The position numbers and the translations under genes are program-made. Shown here in pieces: positions 13,433-24,658 of a stretch of 64,000 nucleotides of DNA. The DNA is from Chlorokybus atmophyticus (taxonomy: Eukaryota > Plantae > Mesostigma and Chlorokybus algae). The stretch covers positions 62,001 to 126,000 of the forward strand of contig RHPI01000193.1 of assembly GCA_009103225.1 (NCBI GenBank), in the 5' to 3' direction. The notes beneath the pieces were generated by a model, which saw only the letters and a program-made list of their open reading frames with translations, searched no databases and had not been told where the DNA came from. The stretch's first letter is position 1, and the number at the start of each line of letters is the position of its first letter.

Positions 13433-14025
13433 ATAAATGCGCTCCCCTTTCACCGCTCCTTGAGACAGACCAGATCGGACCAGACCAGCTGCGCTCAATA
13501 ACACCCCTGTCCACATGTAAGCACGTGCATACACAATATCACTGACGCACAGATCACACACAAGCACGCCCCGCATTGTTTGTAAAGAGTGGGTAAGGTA
13601 CATAGCCCGGTGATCGAAATGTGTTAAGTAGATGATTATGTGTGGTTGACATACGTTTGTTGGTGTGCATCGTATTCAAACGTGTACTGCACTGTTGCAT
13701 GCACGCAATAGCGTCTGCGATTGCCTGTATCTGGACAAGGCATCCTGGACATACAAGACAGATGTACAAAGCACGCAATCGTACACAAGACCAGGCTGTG
13801 CAGATATATTTACGCACTGCTGAACTCCAGACACGAAAGGTCTCCAAAAAACATACAATGTGTATGTGGTTCACATGTTACGAGATGACAACATGTCTAC
13901 ACAAAGATCATCCAATATATCAGCTTCTACCGTTTTGACTAGTTCGAGTTTCCTCTAAAAACAGCAGGCAGGCGAGCGAGCGAGCGAGCGAGCGAGCAGT
14001 CAGCAGCAGCAGCAGTGGTGTTGTT

Positions 14026-14812
14026 TCAGTAGTAGTTCCTGCCCTGGTTCATGTTCTGGTTCATGCCCTGGTTCTGCTGGTCGGGGCGCTGGACAATGAA
14101 GCCAGCGCACTGGACCTGGCGCTGGGCGTCGAAGCCAATGACACGGATGAAGGCGTTGGGGTAGCTGCGCTTGGCCTCGCCAATCTCCTGGAGCACCTGC
14201 TGGGAGTTGGTGCAGCCAAAGAGGGGCAGCTTCCACATGGTCCAGTAGCGGCCGTCATAGTAGCCTGGGCCAGAGTTGTACTCGCGTGTGACAAAACCCT
14301 CGTGGTCGAACTCGATGCAGGGGATCCAGCCCTGCTGGAGGAGGTAGTCGATCTGCCTGGCGATGCCGTCGGCAGAGAGAGGGGGGAGGTAAGACATGGT
14401 CTCGAACTTCTTGTTGTTGAGGGGGTTCCACACCTGACACAAGAGGATCACGGTGAGGAGAAAGCACTGGGCTCCGCCAATGCAAGCTGCTAGCGCAGGC
14501 ACAATGAGACACTCAACCACCACACGCATTGAGCACAGACGACTGGCACATCCCACACTACTAGTACATAGCGTTCACACCTAGCACACAACAGCACAAG
14601 CACAAGCACAGCAACCAGCAGCCGCCGCCTCCTACCTGCATCATGGAGACTGTGGCTCCATTGGAGACTGTCCTCTGGCTGAATGAGGCGGGTGCCTTGC
14701 CGAAGGTTGAGGCGGCGCTCTTCCTGAGGCCGGTGAAGCCAGCGACGGGCTTGGCCGACACCGAGGCGACAGCGGCGGGGACCACGGCGGCGGCGCTGCT
14801 GATGGCGGCCAT
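14026..14812 (-). CDS. rbcS: RuBisCO small subunit precursor (194 aa) with an 18-aa Q/N-rich C-terminal extension
   Basis: Exon 1 14812-14636 encodes an Ala/Ser-rich transit peptide ending MMQ. Phase-0 intron 14635-14434 (GTAGG...TGTCAG). Exon 2 14433-14026 has [38 protein letters not shown]. Confidence 0.98.
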
Positions 14813-14964
14813 GATGCTAAGCAGATAATGAACTGATGCCTCACGATGGCTCGAATGCACTTTATGTACTGCCTGTCCTAACCGGTTAATCTTGACTGTG
14901 GTTCGCCAACTGGCTGCTGGCCAGCCCGGCTAACCGTCTACGTAACCGTGCTTGACGGTGGAAG

Positions 14965-15079
14965 TCACTAGAGTCTAGTGATATTCTTGAAGCGTTGACA
15001 GTTATCAGCTGTCATACAGGCAACAACATGAAGCCTCGCAAAAATGTAGCAAAAAAGCGGCCCGCGCGGGCCGCTTTTT
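14965..15079. repeat. Two perfect palindromes upstream of rbcS
   Basis: TCACTAGA-G-TCTAGTGA at 14965-14981, and the 28-bp AAAAAGCGGCCCGC|GCGGGCCGCTTTTT at 15052-15079. Confidence 0.9.
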
Positions 15080-15229
15080 GAGACAGGAGCCCTACTCTCA
15101 GTCCTAGGCTGGAGCCTCCAGTTTCATGAAAAGCTGTGGCCAGTCGCTCCGCATGCATTATCCCCACGCCGCCAGCCAGCCAGGCTGGGGGCCGCCCGCG
15201 GCCCGCCGGTTACTTTCTTAAAGGACTTC

Positions 15230-15251
15230 AAGATAACGTCAGGCTTATCTT
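15230..15251 (-). promoter_or_regulatory. Putative I-box (GATAAG) in an inverted GATAA pair flanking an ACGT/TGACGT core, ~420-440 bp upstream of the rbcS ATG
   Basis: The + strand reads AAGATAA-CGTCAGGC-TTATCTT, giving GATAAG on the rbcS sense strand. I-box plus ACGT elements are established in light-regulated plant rbcS promoters. Function here is inferred. Confidence 0.45.
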
Positions 15252-15299
15252 TAACCTAATTATTTCAAGAGCAATGGGTGGCCAGCTAGGCACCTAGAG

Positions 15300-17200
15300 C
15301 CTGCCGTCGATCTGCGGTCAGTGGCATGCATACTTCATAGATCCACTTTCACTGACTACAGAAGTTGTGGATAGACCCAAGTTGAGCTATTGTCACTGAC
15401 CAATTTGGTAGCGCCCGCATCATGAAAGCACACTGCAGTCTTCCCTCGTGAAGTGCATGTCCTCGGGAAACGGCGGACATGCAAGCATCGAGTTCATGCG
15501 CACTCGTTATGTGCATAGAAATGCAATCTCGTTCCTTATGCATGAGTGATGCACGTATAGGTGCTATAGGAGTATGCTATAAGACTTTATTTCTAAAGTT
15601 ATGCAATTTAGCATTATGCATCTGGTAAATCTGCCTGACTATGCAACAAATCCATAGTGCCGAAATGAGCTCAACTTAACCATGATTGGTACCGAAAGTG
15701 GCTCACGATTGTAATTAACATAACATACTTAATAAATATATTACAATTTGTTGTATTGCATGTCACTTAATTGTAACATCATACATGTACTGCACGGATA
15801 AACTAGAGGGTATGTAGCTTGTAAAATCTATTGTTAAAGTCAATACATGTGCGATTGTGGCAAAGCTGTTGACCTTGCAAATGGATGTGTGCATTCTTTA
15901 TGCATAAGCTTGGCAAATTTTTTATTTCCCTATTGAACTCTTTAGCTTGTATACGCCTGAACTAGTTTATGTGATGTGTTATAATCACAAGTATATTACT
16001 TTAATGCGTTACAAAGTACTTACAGTTAAAATTACTGTGTAAATATATATACAAAATGTGTGATTAAAGCCTCATAACATTGAGCATTATGTATTTATTT
16101 TGATGTAGTCAAAACACATTATAGGGTTGTGTAATTGTACCATATGCGCACAAGCTCATCAACTATGTGTGCTCCCATTTTAATGTCATACCCTTTGAAA
16201 GAGAAACTGTATATTCAATGTATACATTTGGCGTATATATCAATGTATGCGTGACATGTTCAAATGCATGTTTTTACATATGTCAATGCCACTTTAGTGT
16301 GCTCCTGACTTGTTATCAGCTGCATATTCATTTTCGGGTTAGTGACTAGCTGTATTGCAAGCTTAAGAATATACTTAAATGATGGCCTTTCTAATACTAT
16401 ATATGTAAAGATAATGATCTGCTAGCTTGATCTCGTTTGCAACCCCTTGGGTCAGGGCAAAGTCAAGGTCACTTTTTGGTTATGCCGCGGCAGTTTGAAT
16501 GAAAGGCAAAATTCTTGCTTTGAGCTCACGCTTAAACCAAGAATTGACCCTACACCTTGCTTTTATGAAGCTAACGCTTGTCTAATTGACATCAAGTCGG
16601 CCACCTTTTTGCTATATTAATGTTGTTGTCGCAATTGTAACCTTCGCTTGTTACAAGCTATTCCATTGCTTTACATGCATGACTGTGCATTATCATACCT
16701 GTTTGACTATATAACATGTGCATGCTGCTTGGCAATCTTATCTCAGGGGTAGCTTAGAGCCGCATCATTTGTCTTTGTTGTTTGTTTGTACCGAGGACAG
16801 CCTTAAGCGTTTGCCGCAATCCTTGATGTGACGCCTACCACAAGCTTACCTTGCATCGCATAACACAAACACCTGAAGCTAATGCATGTGTTGAAAGACA
16901 ATGCACATGCACATGCGCATGTGTACACAAAATGCAAGTGATGTATGCTGATGTGATTAAAGTCCCCTCCATTTTATCCTTTGCATCCATTTCTTGTCAT
17001 ATTCGCTACTTATCACATCGTTGACTGCTAATGGCATATATTGTGATTTCAGTTCATCATGATATTCGGAACACGTTGTACCGATGCAAGGTGTCGCATG
17101 TCAATGATTTTAATACAAGCTGATTATGACAAGACATGCGTGATTTCCTTCACGTTTCTCAAAAAGCCTAGGTATGTGCACAACCAATGACTGCTTAGGA
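15300..17200. other. AT-rich, TG/CA-rich decayed intergenic DNA (probable ancient repeat or TE relic)
   Basis: GC drops abruptly relative to the flanking genes, TGCA/CATG words are frequent, and there is no credible ORF. Confidence 0.5.
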
Positions 17201-17242
17201 TGTTGAGAGGGTGACTAATATAATCGGGCTAGTCCTCAGACT

Positions 17243-17370
17243 TGCCCGCCCCCCCTCCCTCTCTCTCCCTCCCTCCCTCCCTCTCTCTCTCTCTCTCTCT
17301 CTGCCTCTCTCTCTCTCAACGCGCGCGCTCGCGCGCTCGCTCACGCTCTCGTTTTCTTGCTCTCACTCTT
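17243..17370 (+). repeat. CT-rich microsatellite followed by (CG)/(CGCT)-rich low-complexity sequence
   Basis: Direct reading: ccctccct(ct)n...cgcgcgcgctcgcgcgctcgctc. Confidence 0.9.
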
Positions 17371-17736
17371 GCGTGCGCACGCGAGCGCGCGTTGGCATCA
17401 CGCGCACGCCGATGGAATGATGCCAAGGAGTGGTGGCAGCTCGCATGAAACCGCTATTGTGCTTGCATCGTCAAACTATGTACTGAGACACATAAACAAC
17501 CGAAGGGCAACTGTTCTCAGGAGAAACCACGTCGCATCCTCCTCGTTGCACTGCAAAGTTGACTGCCATTGACACACTATACACAACAGCAAGCAAGCCT
17601 ACCTGCGTTTGTTTACTGTTTGCTGTTGCAGCACAACATGTGCAGCAAACGGTTCTGTGACTAGGAAGTTCATAAGTTTCAAACGGACATCATGTCACAC
17701 ATGCGGTTGTTTGCAATTCACCTCGAAGGGTTGCAA

Positions 17737-18595
17737 CTACAACCCGGTGGGCATTGCTGGTGGTTCGGCTGCATTGTCTTCATGATGTGTGGTTGCAGGC
17801 AGGGGAGGGGGGCTTGCCTCCATTGCGTTTCCTGTTTCAGCTGCAACATCTGCTTGATTGTGCTCTGCTGGACCCAAAGGCTGACTGGCGTTTGTGTCGG
17901 GTTGCGTGGAAGCTGATGGTGTGTCTTGCAAGCCACTGGCTTCAGCTTCTCCTCCTGTCTTTATGCGCTTGGTTCGCTGCTCTTCCTGCTGCTGGGCTTG
18001 CTCCTCAGCCTAAACCACAACAGCAGTGCAGTTGTAGGCACGACTGTGTGCTCAAGCACCATCACCATTTGCTACTGCAAGCATGCAGCTGCGCAAAGCT
18101 CAAGGAAGTACGCCTCATAGCCAAGTTGCATACTGAGGGGGCAATACCAAATAAAGCCCAGACTGACTGCTATGCCACGCATGCAGCTAACAAACAGCAC
18201 AACTGGCATTCTGTGACGGCCAACGAGCACCCACCCACCCACCCACCCACCCACCCTACCTGTTCTGCTGCAGCGGTTGATCTGGTAGCCACTCCCGCCC
18301 GTCGTCTGCTCGTCACCGGCACAAACGCCGGCTTCCCACCCCCAAGTGAGCTTGATCCCAGCCCCCCTCCTCCTCCTCCTCCTCCTCCTCCTCCCAGCTG
18401 TGACGGCGCCGGCACCCACACCGGCAGCAGCAGCCCCTGCGTCCTGTACGGGTTGGCGGCTGCCAGGCTGGGCGGCCTGGTCCACTTGCGCTCCCAGCGC
18501 CTGACACGGCCGACGAAGGTGGCCTCGGCGCCGGAGCGAGTGCCACGCTCGGCACGGGAAGCCCTCGCCGCCAACCTCGTCGCCGCCCCCTCCAT
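17737..18595 (-). CDS. BCL7: BCL7-family (plant BCL-domain) SWI/SNF subunit, ~202 aa
   Basis: Exon 1 18595-18260 reads MEGAATRLAARASR...ATFVGRVRRWERKW...GLLLPVWVP, matching the plant BCL7 N-terminal pattern MEG.G.RL.R.S.R...F.G.VR.W.KKW...LLL.KW.P. Phase-0 intron 18259-18010 (GTAGGG...TTTAG). Exon 2 18009-17737 encodes an acidic, disordered tail. Confidence 0.8.
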
Positions 18596-19822
18596 GCTGA
18601 ATGCTGCACGTGGGGCAAAGGAAGGACGGGGAGCAAGCCGCTCTCCTGCTCTCAAAGCCCTAAGCTCTGAGGGTCTTTTTCTGATTGTTGCTCCTCACAT
18701 GAGCATGGAATAGTATGCGAGCGTTGAGCCGTTTGGCCGGCGTTTCAATCGTTGGTGGACATGACAACAACAATGTGGAGCATTGCGTGTGTGGGAGCTA
18801 ATCTTAAGCAGAGGGGGGGCTGTTTATCTATCTCTTTTGTCTTGCTCGTTCATGCAACTCCTGGCGCCCTGTTCTTGGAAGTTGCGCACTTCACTACAAA
18901 ACCAAGAGGAGAAAATTGCTGGCGCTGACACCTTGAAGGCATAATCATCGGCTTAATTATCGGCTTAATTATCGTTGATACGTTGCATGTCTGCTTGCAC
19001 TGTCGTTTACTTTTGCTACAGGTGTGTGTCACACCGTGTGACTAACACCTGCTAGGCATTGTCTTGTGTACACGCCTTCTCTTCAAGCTACTCATATCTG
19101 TCGCAGGCCGTTGTGCACCTGACTCTATGCATGGCTGGTTGTCACTTGCATGCCACTACGAGCTATGAGTCTAGTGTAGCTATGAAGACATGTGCTAGCA
19201 GATGCTAGTGTTGGGGTTAGGGTTAGTGCCTATGCTGCAATGCAGTCACAAAAGCCAATTGTGCTAGTGACTTCTTCACATGTCAACCTCTTGTAATGCC
19301 ATGCAGCAGTGAGCTAGCACTACAGTGCGTGTTTTGTATGGTATCAAACTGCCGGTCAACTCAGCGTGCAGTGAGTATACTTGAATGGGGATTTGTTAAT
19401 TTACAACAAACACAGACAGTGACAAGCGCTGGCTCCACCATGTTGCAATGCTGTGGATAACAACTCATCACCAAGTACAATTCCTTAATGGAGGGCTGTC
19501 TGAGTCTGGCTTCATCTCCCATGCGATTAACAGCCCGAAAAGCGTTCAGACAGAAAGCATGAGCGCATTGCAGCACGCACTCAAGACAAGTGTATCGCAA
19601 ACCCTACTTGTTTTATTCAGACACCAATAATCAGCAACAATGAATAAGGTAAAACGCTATGCTACTGCCTGCTGCAGCACAGCGCCAACACCAGCTGCTA
19701 GGGGGCGCGCGCGCGCGTGCGTGCGTGTGTGCGCGCGCTCTCACAAGCTGCTGCAACCGGGTGGAGGATGGAGTGTGTGTTTGGTACTAGTAGTACAGCT
19801 GTGGTGATGGTGAGGACCCGCT

Positions 19823-22730
19823 CTAGAACTTGACCTTCATGAGGACAGGGTTGAGGAAGATAGGTAGCAAGAAATGTCCTGCGGTGAGTATGGCGAGTGG
19901 CCCGATGGCGTAGAAGGATTGGATGTTGTATGGCACACCCAATGGGAGGTAGTAAAGTGCTCCTATCATGATGGCTGTGAGGATGGTGCAGATGTACATG
20001 CCTCTGTATCCAGCAACAGTGACCTTAACCTCCTGGAAGAAGTTGCTCTTCTTGACCTCCTTGACAGTGGATGTCCACTCCATCTTCAGTTGAAAGAGGT
20101 GTCCAACAATGGCTGTGAGGAGGTGGAGACCAATGCCATTGAAGAAGAGGAGGAGCTGGAAGGTGTGTTGGAACTCCTTGAACATACCACGCAAGAGAGA
20201 GGTGTGGCTGAGTCTGTACTTCAATATGCCCAGGGCGATGGGGTTGATGATGCCGAACAGGATGATGCAGAAGAAGGCAATGTCAATGGTGTGGATGACC
20301 TCCTTGGCCCAGAGACCATTGTAGGAGAAGTTCCACATGAAGTAGTTGAACAGCACGGCGATGGGTGAGGTGGCCATGGCGAAGTAGGTGCCCAGGTAGG
20401 CCAACAAGTTGTACTTGTAGTAGAGTGGGACTTGTCTCGTCTTGAAGAAGCGACGGATGACAGGTGAGAAGGGCCCGCGCGTGATCCATTGAGAGAGTGG
20501 GTTGAAGAGCAACTCACTGCTACCGAAAGCATACTTCTGAAAGCGAGTAATCTCATCGTGGCAGGTGAGAGAGAGCCCCTCCTTGAAGTTGGGTCCTGTA
20601 TATGTCACATAGCGACCAATGTATCCCTTGCTTTGCATGCGTAGAGACATGTCAAAGTCCTCAGATACGTGGCTCTCAGACCAGAACTTGGTTGCTCCAT
20701 CCTCTCCATCAACAAAAGCCACCTCACGGATAGCGGACCAGCGTAAAAAGGCGTTGTGTCCAACAAGTGGTGCTGGGTCCCCTCCACTAGATGCAATAAC
20801 AACAGCCACCTTGTAGATAGTGTTGGTGAAGTGGGCAATGGCATCCTCCCAGTAGTCACCCACGACCTGCATGGGTGAGGTGAGGTGCTGCGTGAAGGCC
20901 ACCTCGGGTGAGAGCATCAGCTCAGATACAGAAGGCAACATGCAGTCCTCGGGGATACGTGTGTCGGAGTCAATGAGCAAAATAAACTCGCCAACGCGCA
21001 CGTCACCGCCCATCATGAAAGCGTGGTCATCCTCCTCAAGGATTTCATGAAGAGCCTTGCCCATGTATTTGACCCCACCCAACCGCTCAGTGCGCTCCAT
21101 CACTCTCAAGGATGTGGACAAACAGAAGTTCATGTTGGATGCCTTCTTGAACCTGCCTTTTCTCCCAGCTGCGGGCCGAGCAACGAAGCCAATGTTGTGC
21201 ATGCGGTAGTAGGCGATGCGTCGGTTGCGCTCCTTGCGTGGTACCAACATCAACCCATCATCATTGATGAACACATTGACTCTCCCACCTTGCTCCTCAT
21301 AACGCCTTGCCGCAGCCATGACAGACTCCAGTGTGGGTTGCAAGACCACAGCAAAGCCCTCTTTATAAACAGGCATCTGCACTGTCACCATAGGCAAAGG
21401 CGCCTCCGCACTCGCTTGATAAGGCGGCGGCGCTATCGCAGAGTAGTATTTACTGTTCTGCTCCACGTGGGCGATGGGACCAAAGGTGCATATGATGGAT
21501 AGGAACACCACATTGGCGCCGAAGCCCATGAAGAAGGCTATCCATGGGAAAGCCAAGAAGTGGAGGCAACGGAACCAGCGGCCGTCATCAAGACTGTATC
21601 GGATGTATCTGAAGCCCCATGCGACGAGGATTACTGTCACCAAAAGGGCGGAGCAGCAACAAATAACCCAGTTCATGCGACGGACAGGACGCTCAGCAGA
21701 CCAAACAGCCTTCGCTTGCTTGCGCTTGCCCTTGGCTGCCTCCTCCTCCTGAATACATACACGCGCGTGCATCAGACAATAGCATCGAAGTCTCATCAGC
21801 ACAATTCGCATACACCACATGAACAGCGGATGCATCAGACAGGCAAGCAGACAACAGACTGGCATTCGCATTTGCACGAGGTTGTAACCCAGACCAGTGC
21901 ACAGCGGATCAAAGGATGCAGCAAACAGGCATACAAGGAGACATTTCACTACAACATGACTCAATGCAGGTGACTGCGCTGACCTCTTCTGGCTCGACTG
22001 CCTCTGTCGCTCCTGCCTCTCCCTCTGCAGGCATGCCTCCCTCTGATGTTGGCGATGTGGCCCCCTTCTTGTCTCCATCGCCGGTCACGTCATAGACGTC
22101 ATACATGTCGCTGTAGAGGTCGTCGTGGTCAAAGCCGTACAGGTGCCTGGTCCTGGCCGCCATTGCAATAGGGTCCTCCTTCTCATTGTTGAAGGACTTG
22201 TTGTTCTTCTTGTAGCCGTCGTCGTCGTACCCGTCATAGCTGGCCTCCGAAGCCACGTAGCCTCCACTGCCATACTTCTTGTCCTTGGCGCCACCATACT
22301 TGTTGTAGGACTCGGTGCTGGTGGGTGCGACAGCGGCAGATCCACCTCGCCTGGCCTGGCCTGCTGCTAGCCTGGTCTGACCTCTGCTCCATCTCTCGTC
22401 ATCGCTGTCGCCGTTGTTGTTGCCGTTGATGTCGCTGATGGGCAGGCGTGTGTTGGACGGGGCGTTGTTGTTGTTGTTCCTGGCTCCTCCTGGGGCAGTG
22501 TTGGTGAGTGAGGCGACACGCAGTCTGGCGCCGCCTGGTGCGACGGCAGTGGCGGCGGCGTTGTCCTCCTCCATGATGTTGAGCCTGGCCGGGGAGGCGG
22601 CGGCGGGACCACCACCCCCACCACTCTCCTCCTCCACTCTCAGCCTGGCATTGCCGGGCCTGGCGCTGCCGCCAGCGGTGCTGCCACCTCTCCTGAGCTT
22701 GATCTCCTCATCTGCCCGGTTGGGGGCCAT
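19823..22730 (-). CDS. Membrane-bound GT2 glycosyltransferase (Glyco_trans_2_3-like, fungal-type processive glycan synthase), ~890 aa
   Basis: Exon 1 22730-21984 is a low-complexity N-terminus. Phase-0 intron 21983-21749 (GTCAGC...ATTCAG). Exon 2 21748-19823 has 2 N-terminal TMs, QMPVYKE, INDDG, FKKASNMN, IDSDTRIP, VGHNAFLRWSA, SHVSEDF, EITRFQKYAFG and about 5 C-terminal TMs. Confidence 0.92.
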
Positions 22731-22949
22731 CGCCTCGGCCACCACCACGGCCTCCGCCGCCGCCGCCGCCTTCACCCACCGTGATGCTATTGCTACCGAT
22801 GAGTGAGTGAGTGAGTGAGTGAGGCTTGCTGCTGCTGCTGCTGCTGCTGTGAGGTCGTCGTACCAAATTGGGCGCACGTGACTTGGGGTTGCCCGTAAAA
22901 GGGTTGACTCCCACAAACACGAGAGTTGACTTACGTATTAGGACAAGGC

Positions 22950-24500
22950 CTGCCTACTGTACCACTGGGCCTAGGCCTACTGTTGGTAATGTACAGTGAT
23001 ACAAGCCAATGATGTAGCCACCGACAGTGGTACACGTGAGTCGTCTGTGTGTACCTCTGTTGGTACGTGCCGGGTAATGACGGTATATTGTGTGTAACTT
23101 AGGATACTCTATAAGGCACCCAAGCATGCGAGGTTCTATTATGCATAACATGTTGTACGCGTGCATGATGCGATTAGAAAGCCTTGATACGAGTGCATAG
23201 TGGGTGCATCGAAATTGGCAGACACACAATTATTACTTGTGAATGTGTGTCTGAATGTGTAGCGTGCTCATGAAAAAGTGTTCATAACTTATCATTCAGC
23301 AAATTCAATGTGTAGGTTAAGCTGAGTTGTGTATATTGTGTAAAGACAAATCAATACATACGCGCAACCTATGGTGGCACCGCGTGTGTGATTGTGCATG
23401 ATACATTCAATAGATATATCAATGCTGATAATAATACGTATGTACTATGGTCACTTTGCGTAACAATTATATAGAGGCATGTAACAAGATTGCGCTGCCA
23501 ATGCATGCGCACTTGCTAAGAAAACCTAGGAGGTTTATTCACCAATGAGCAGGTAAGCTATATTGCCTTCCATATTACTCTACAATACATATACTTTGTG
23601 ATTATATATGTGTATACATATATAAAGTCTAATTATAACGAGGGCACTCATTGTTGATGAGCTTGTGCGCAAAAATCATGATTACTACACAATTGGTAGT
23701 TACTATCAAACAATTTCTAAAGTGATGAGGTTGTATTTATACCGAAAAAATGTCTATTGATGTAGATGGCCTTTATTGCCTACATGGAGGCTATATTTCA
23801 GCAATGCTTGGCTTTAATCTTAATTATGCTTGCTGCAGATTTCAGCATTATGATGATGTTTATGTTATAGCCGCTTGAGTGTTAATTACACAAAAGCCTC
23901 ATGCTCATGAACATAACAACACGCTATATGCTATACGCTATAGCTGCCGAGGTGAACAATTGTTGTGATATATACAAGCTTACTGCTGATGTCACATATT
24001 GCTCATCACATAACATTTTAATATATGGGCTAGATTATATGCCGCATGCGATAAGGTTGTGATGCACATGTCAAAGCTTATATTCGTACATTCAAAGGTT
24101 ATGAGGTGATATGTATGCGTACGCGCGTTATGTAATAGAGCGAGATTGTGTCATAGCATGTTAACATATTCAAAAGACGAGGGCAATTATTATTGTATAG
24201 AACAATGTGCATTATGAGATCCGGAATATCTGTTGTGGAGTCACGTTTGCAATGAAACTTTTCATTACAATGCAAGTTTGCTGCTGAACTTTTTACATAT
24301 TCAATACCAAGTGCACGAAGCAATTGCAATTGCAACCACCAATACCATCAGAGCGTTTTGCATGATAACAATCCAGATTGGAAAACAGAGATGGCATGAT
24401 TGACTCATCTTCATGTCGATGACCCCTTGAAAATCAACTATGAGCTACTGATTTCCAACAAGCTAATTCTTAATACCGGTATGTCACACAATTACCCTGG
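22950..24500. other. AT-rich decayed intergenic DNA (probable TE relic)
   Basis: Low GC with only short ORF remnants (e.g. ALIVDELVRKNHDYY near 23645). No assignable family. Confidence 0.45.
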
Positions 24501-24604
24501 CTCGCATACCGTGCACATGCACACTTGCATGAATCCGATGGGGTGTCCGGTGGTGTTTTCTCTATAGCGCGTGTTCGCGCGGTGAATTCAAACGCCCGAA
24601 ACTT

Positions 24605-24612
24605 AACCCTAA
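24605..24612 (+). promoter_or_regulatory. Telo-box-like motif (AACCCTAA) at the 5' end of the nuclease gene
   Basis: TAACCCTAAT lies ~50 bp upstream of ATG 24659 at the edge of a GC-rich island. Confidence 0.4.
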
Positions 24613-24658
24613 TCTCCTTGTTCCGTTTGCTGCCTGCCTGCTGAGGCGGACGTGGTCC

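Noticed and set aside
15052-15079. GC hairpin with a T5 tail resembling a rho-independent terminator or Helitron 3' hairpin
   Set aside because: The context is eukaryotic nuclear DNA, and no CTRR terminus lies at the expected distance on either strand. Kept only as a palindrome.
17754-18713. 319-aa + strand ORF
   Set aside because: It is antisense to the BCL7 gene and reads through its intron. Low complexity, no domain.
19874-21502. ORFs 19874-20368 and 21023-21502 overlapping the GT2 gene
   Set aside because: These are alternative-frame or antisense by-products of codon bias.
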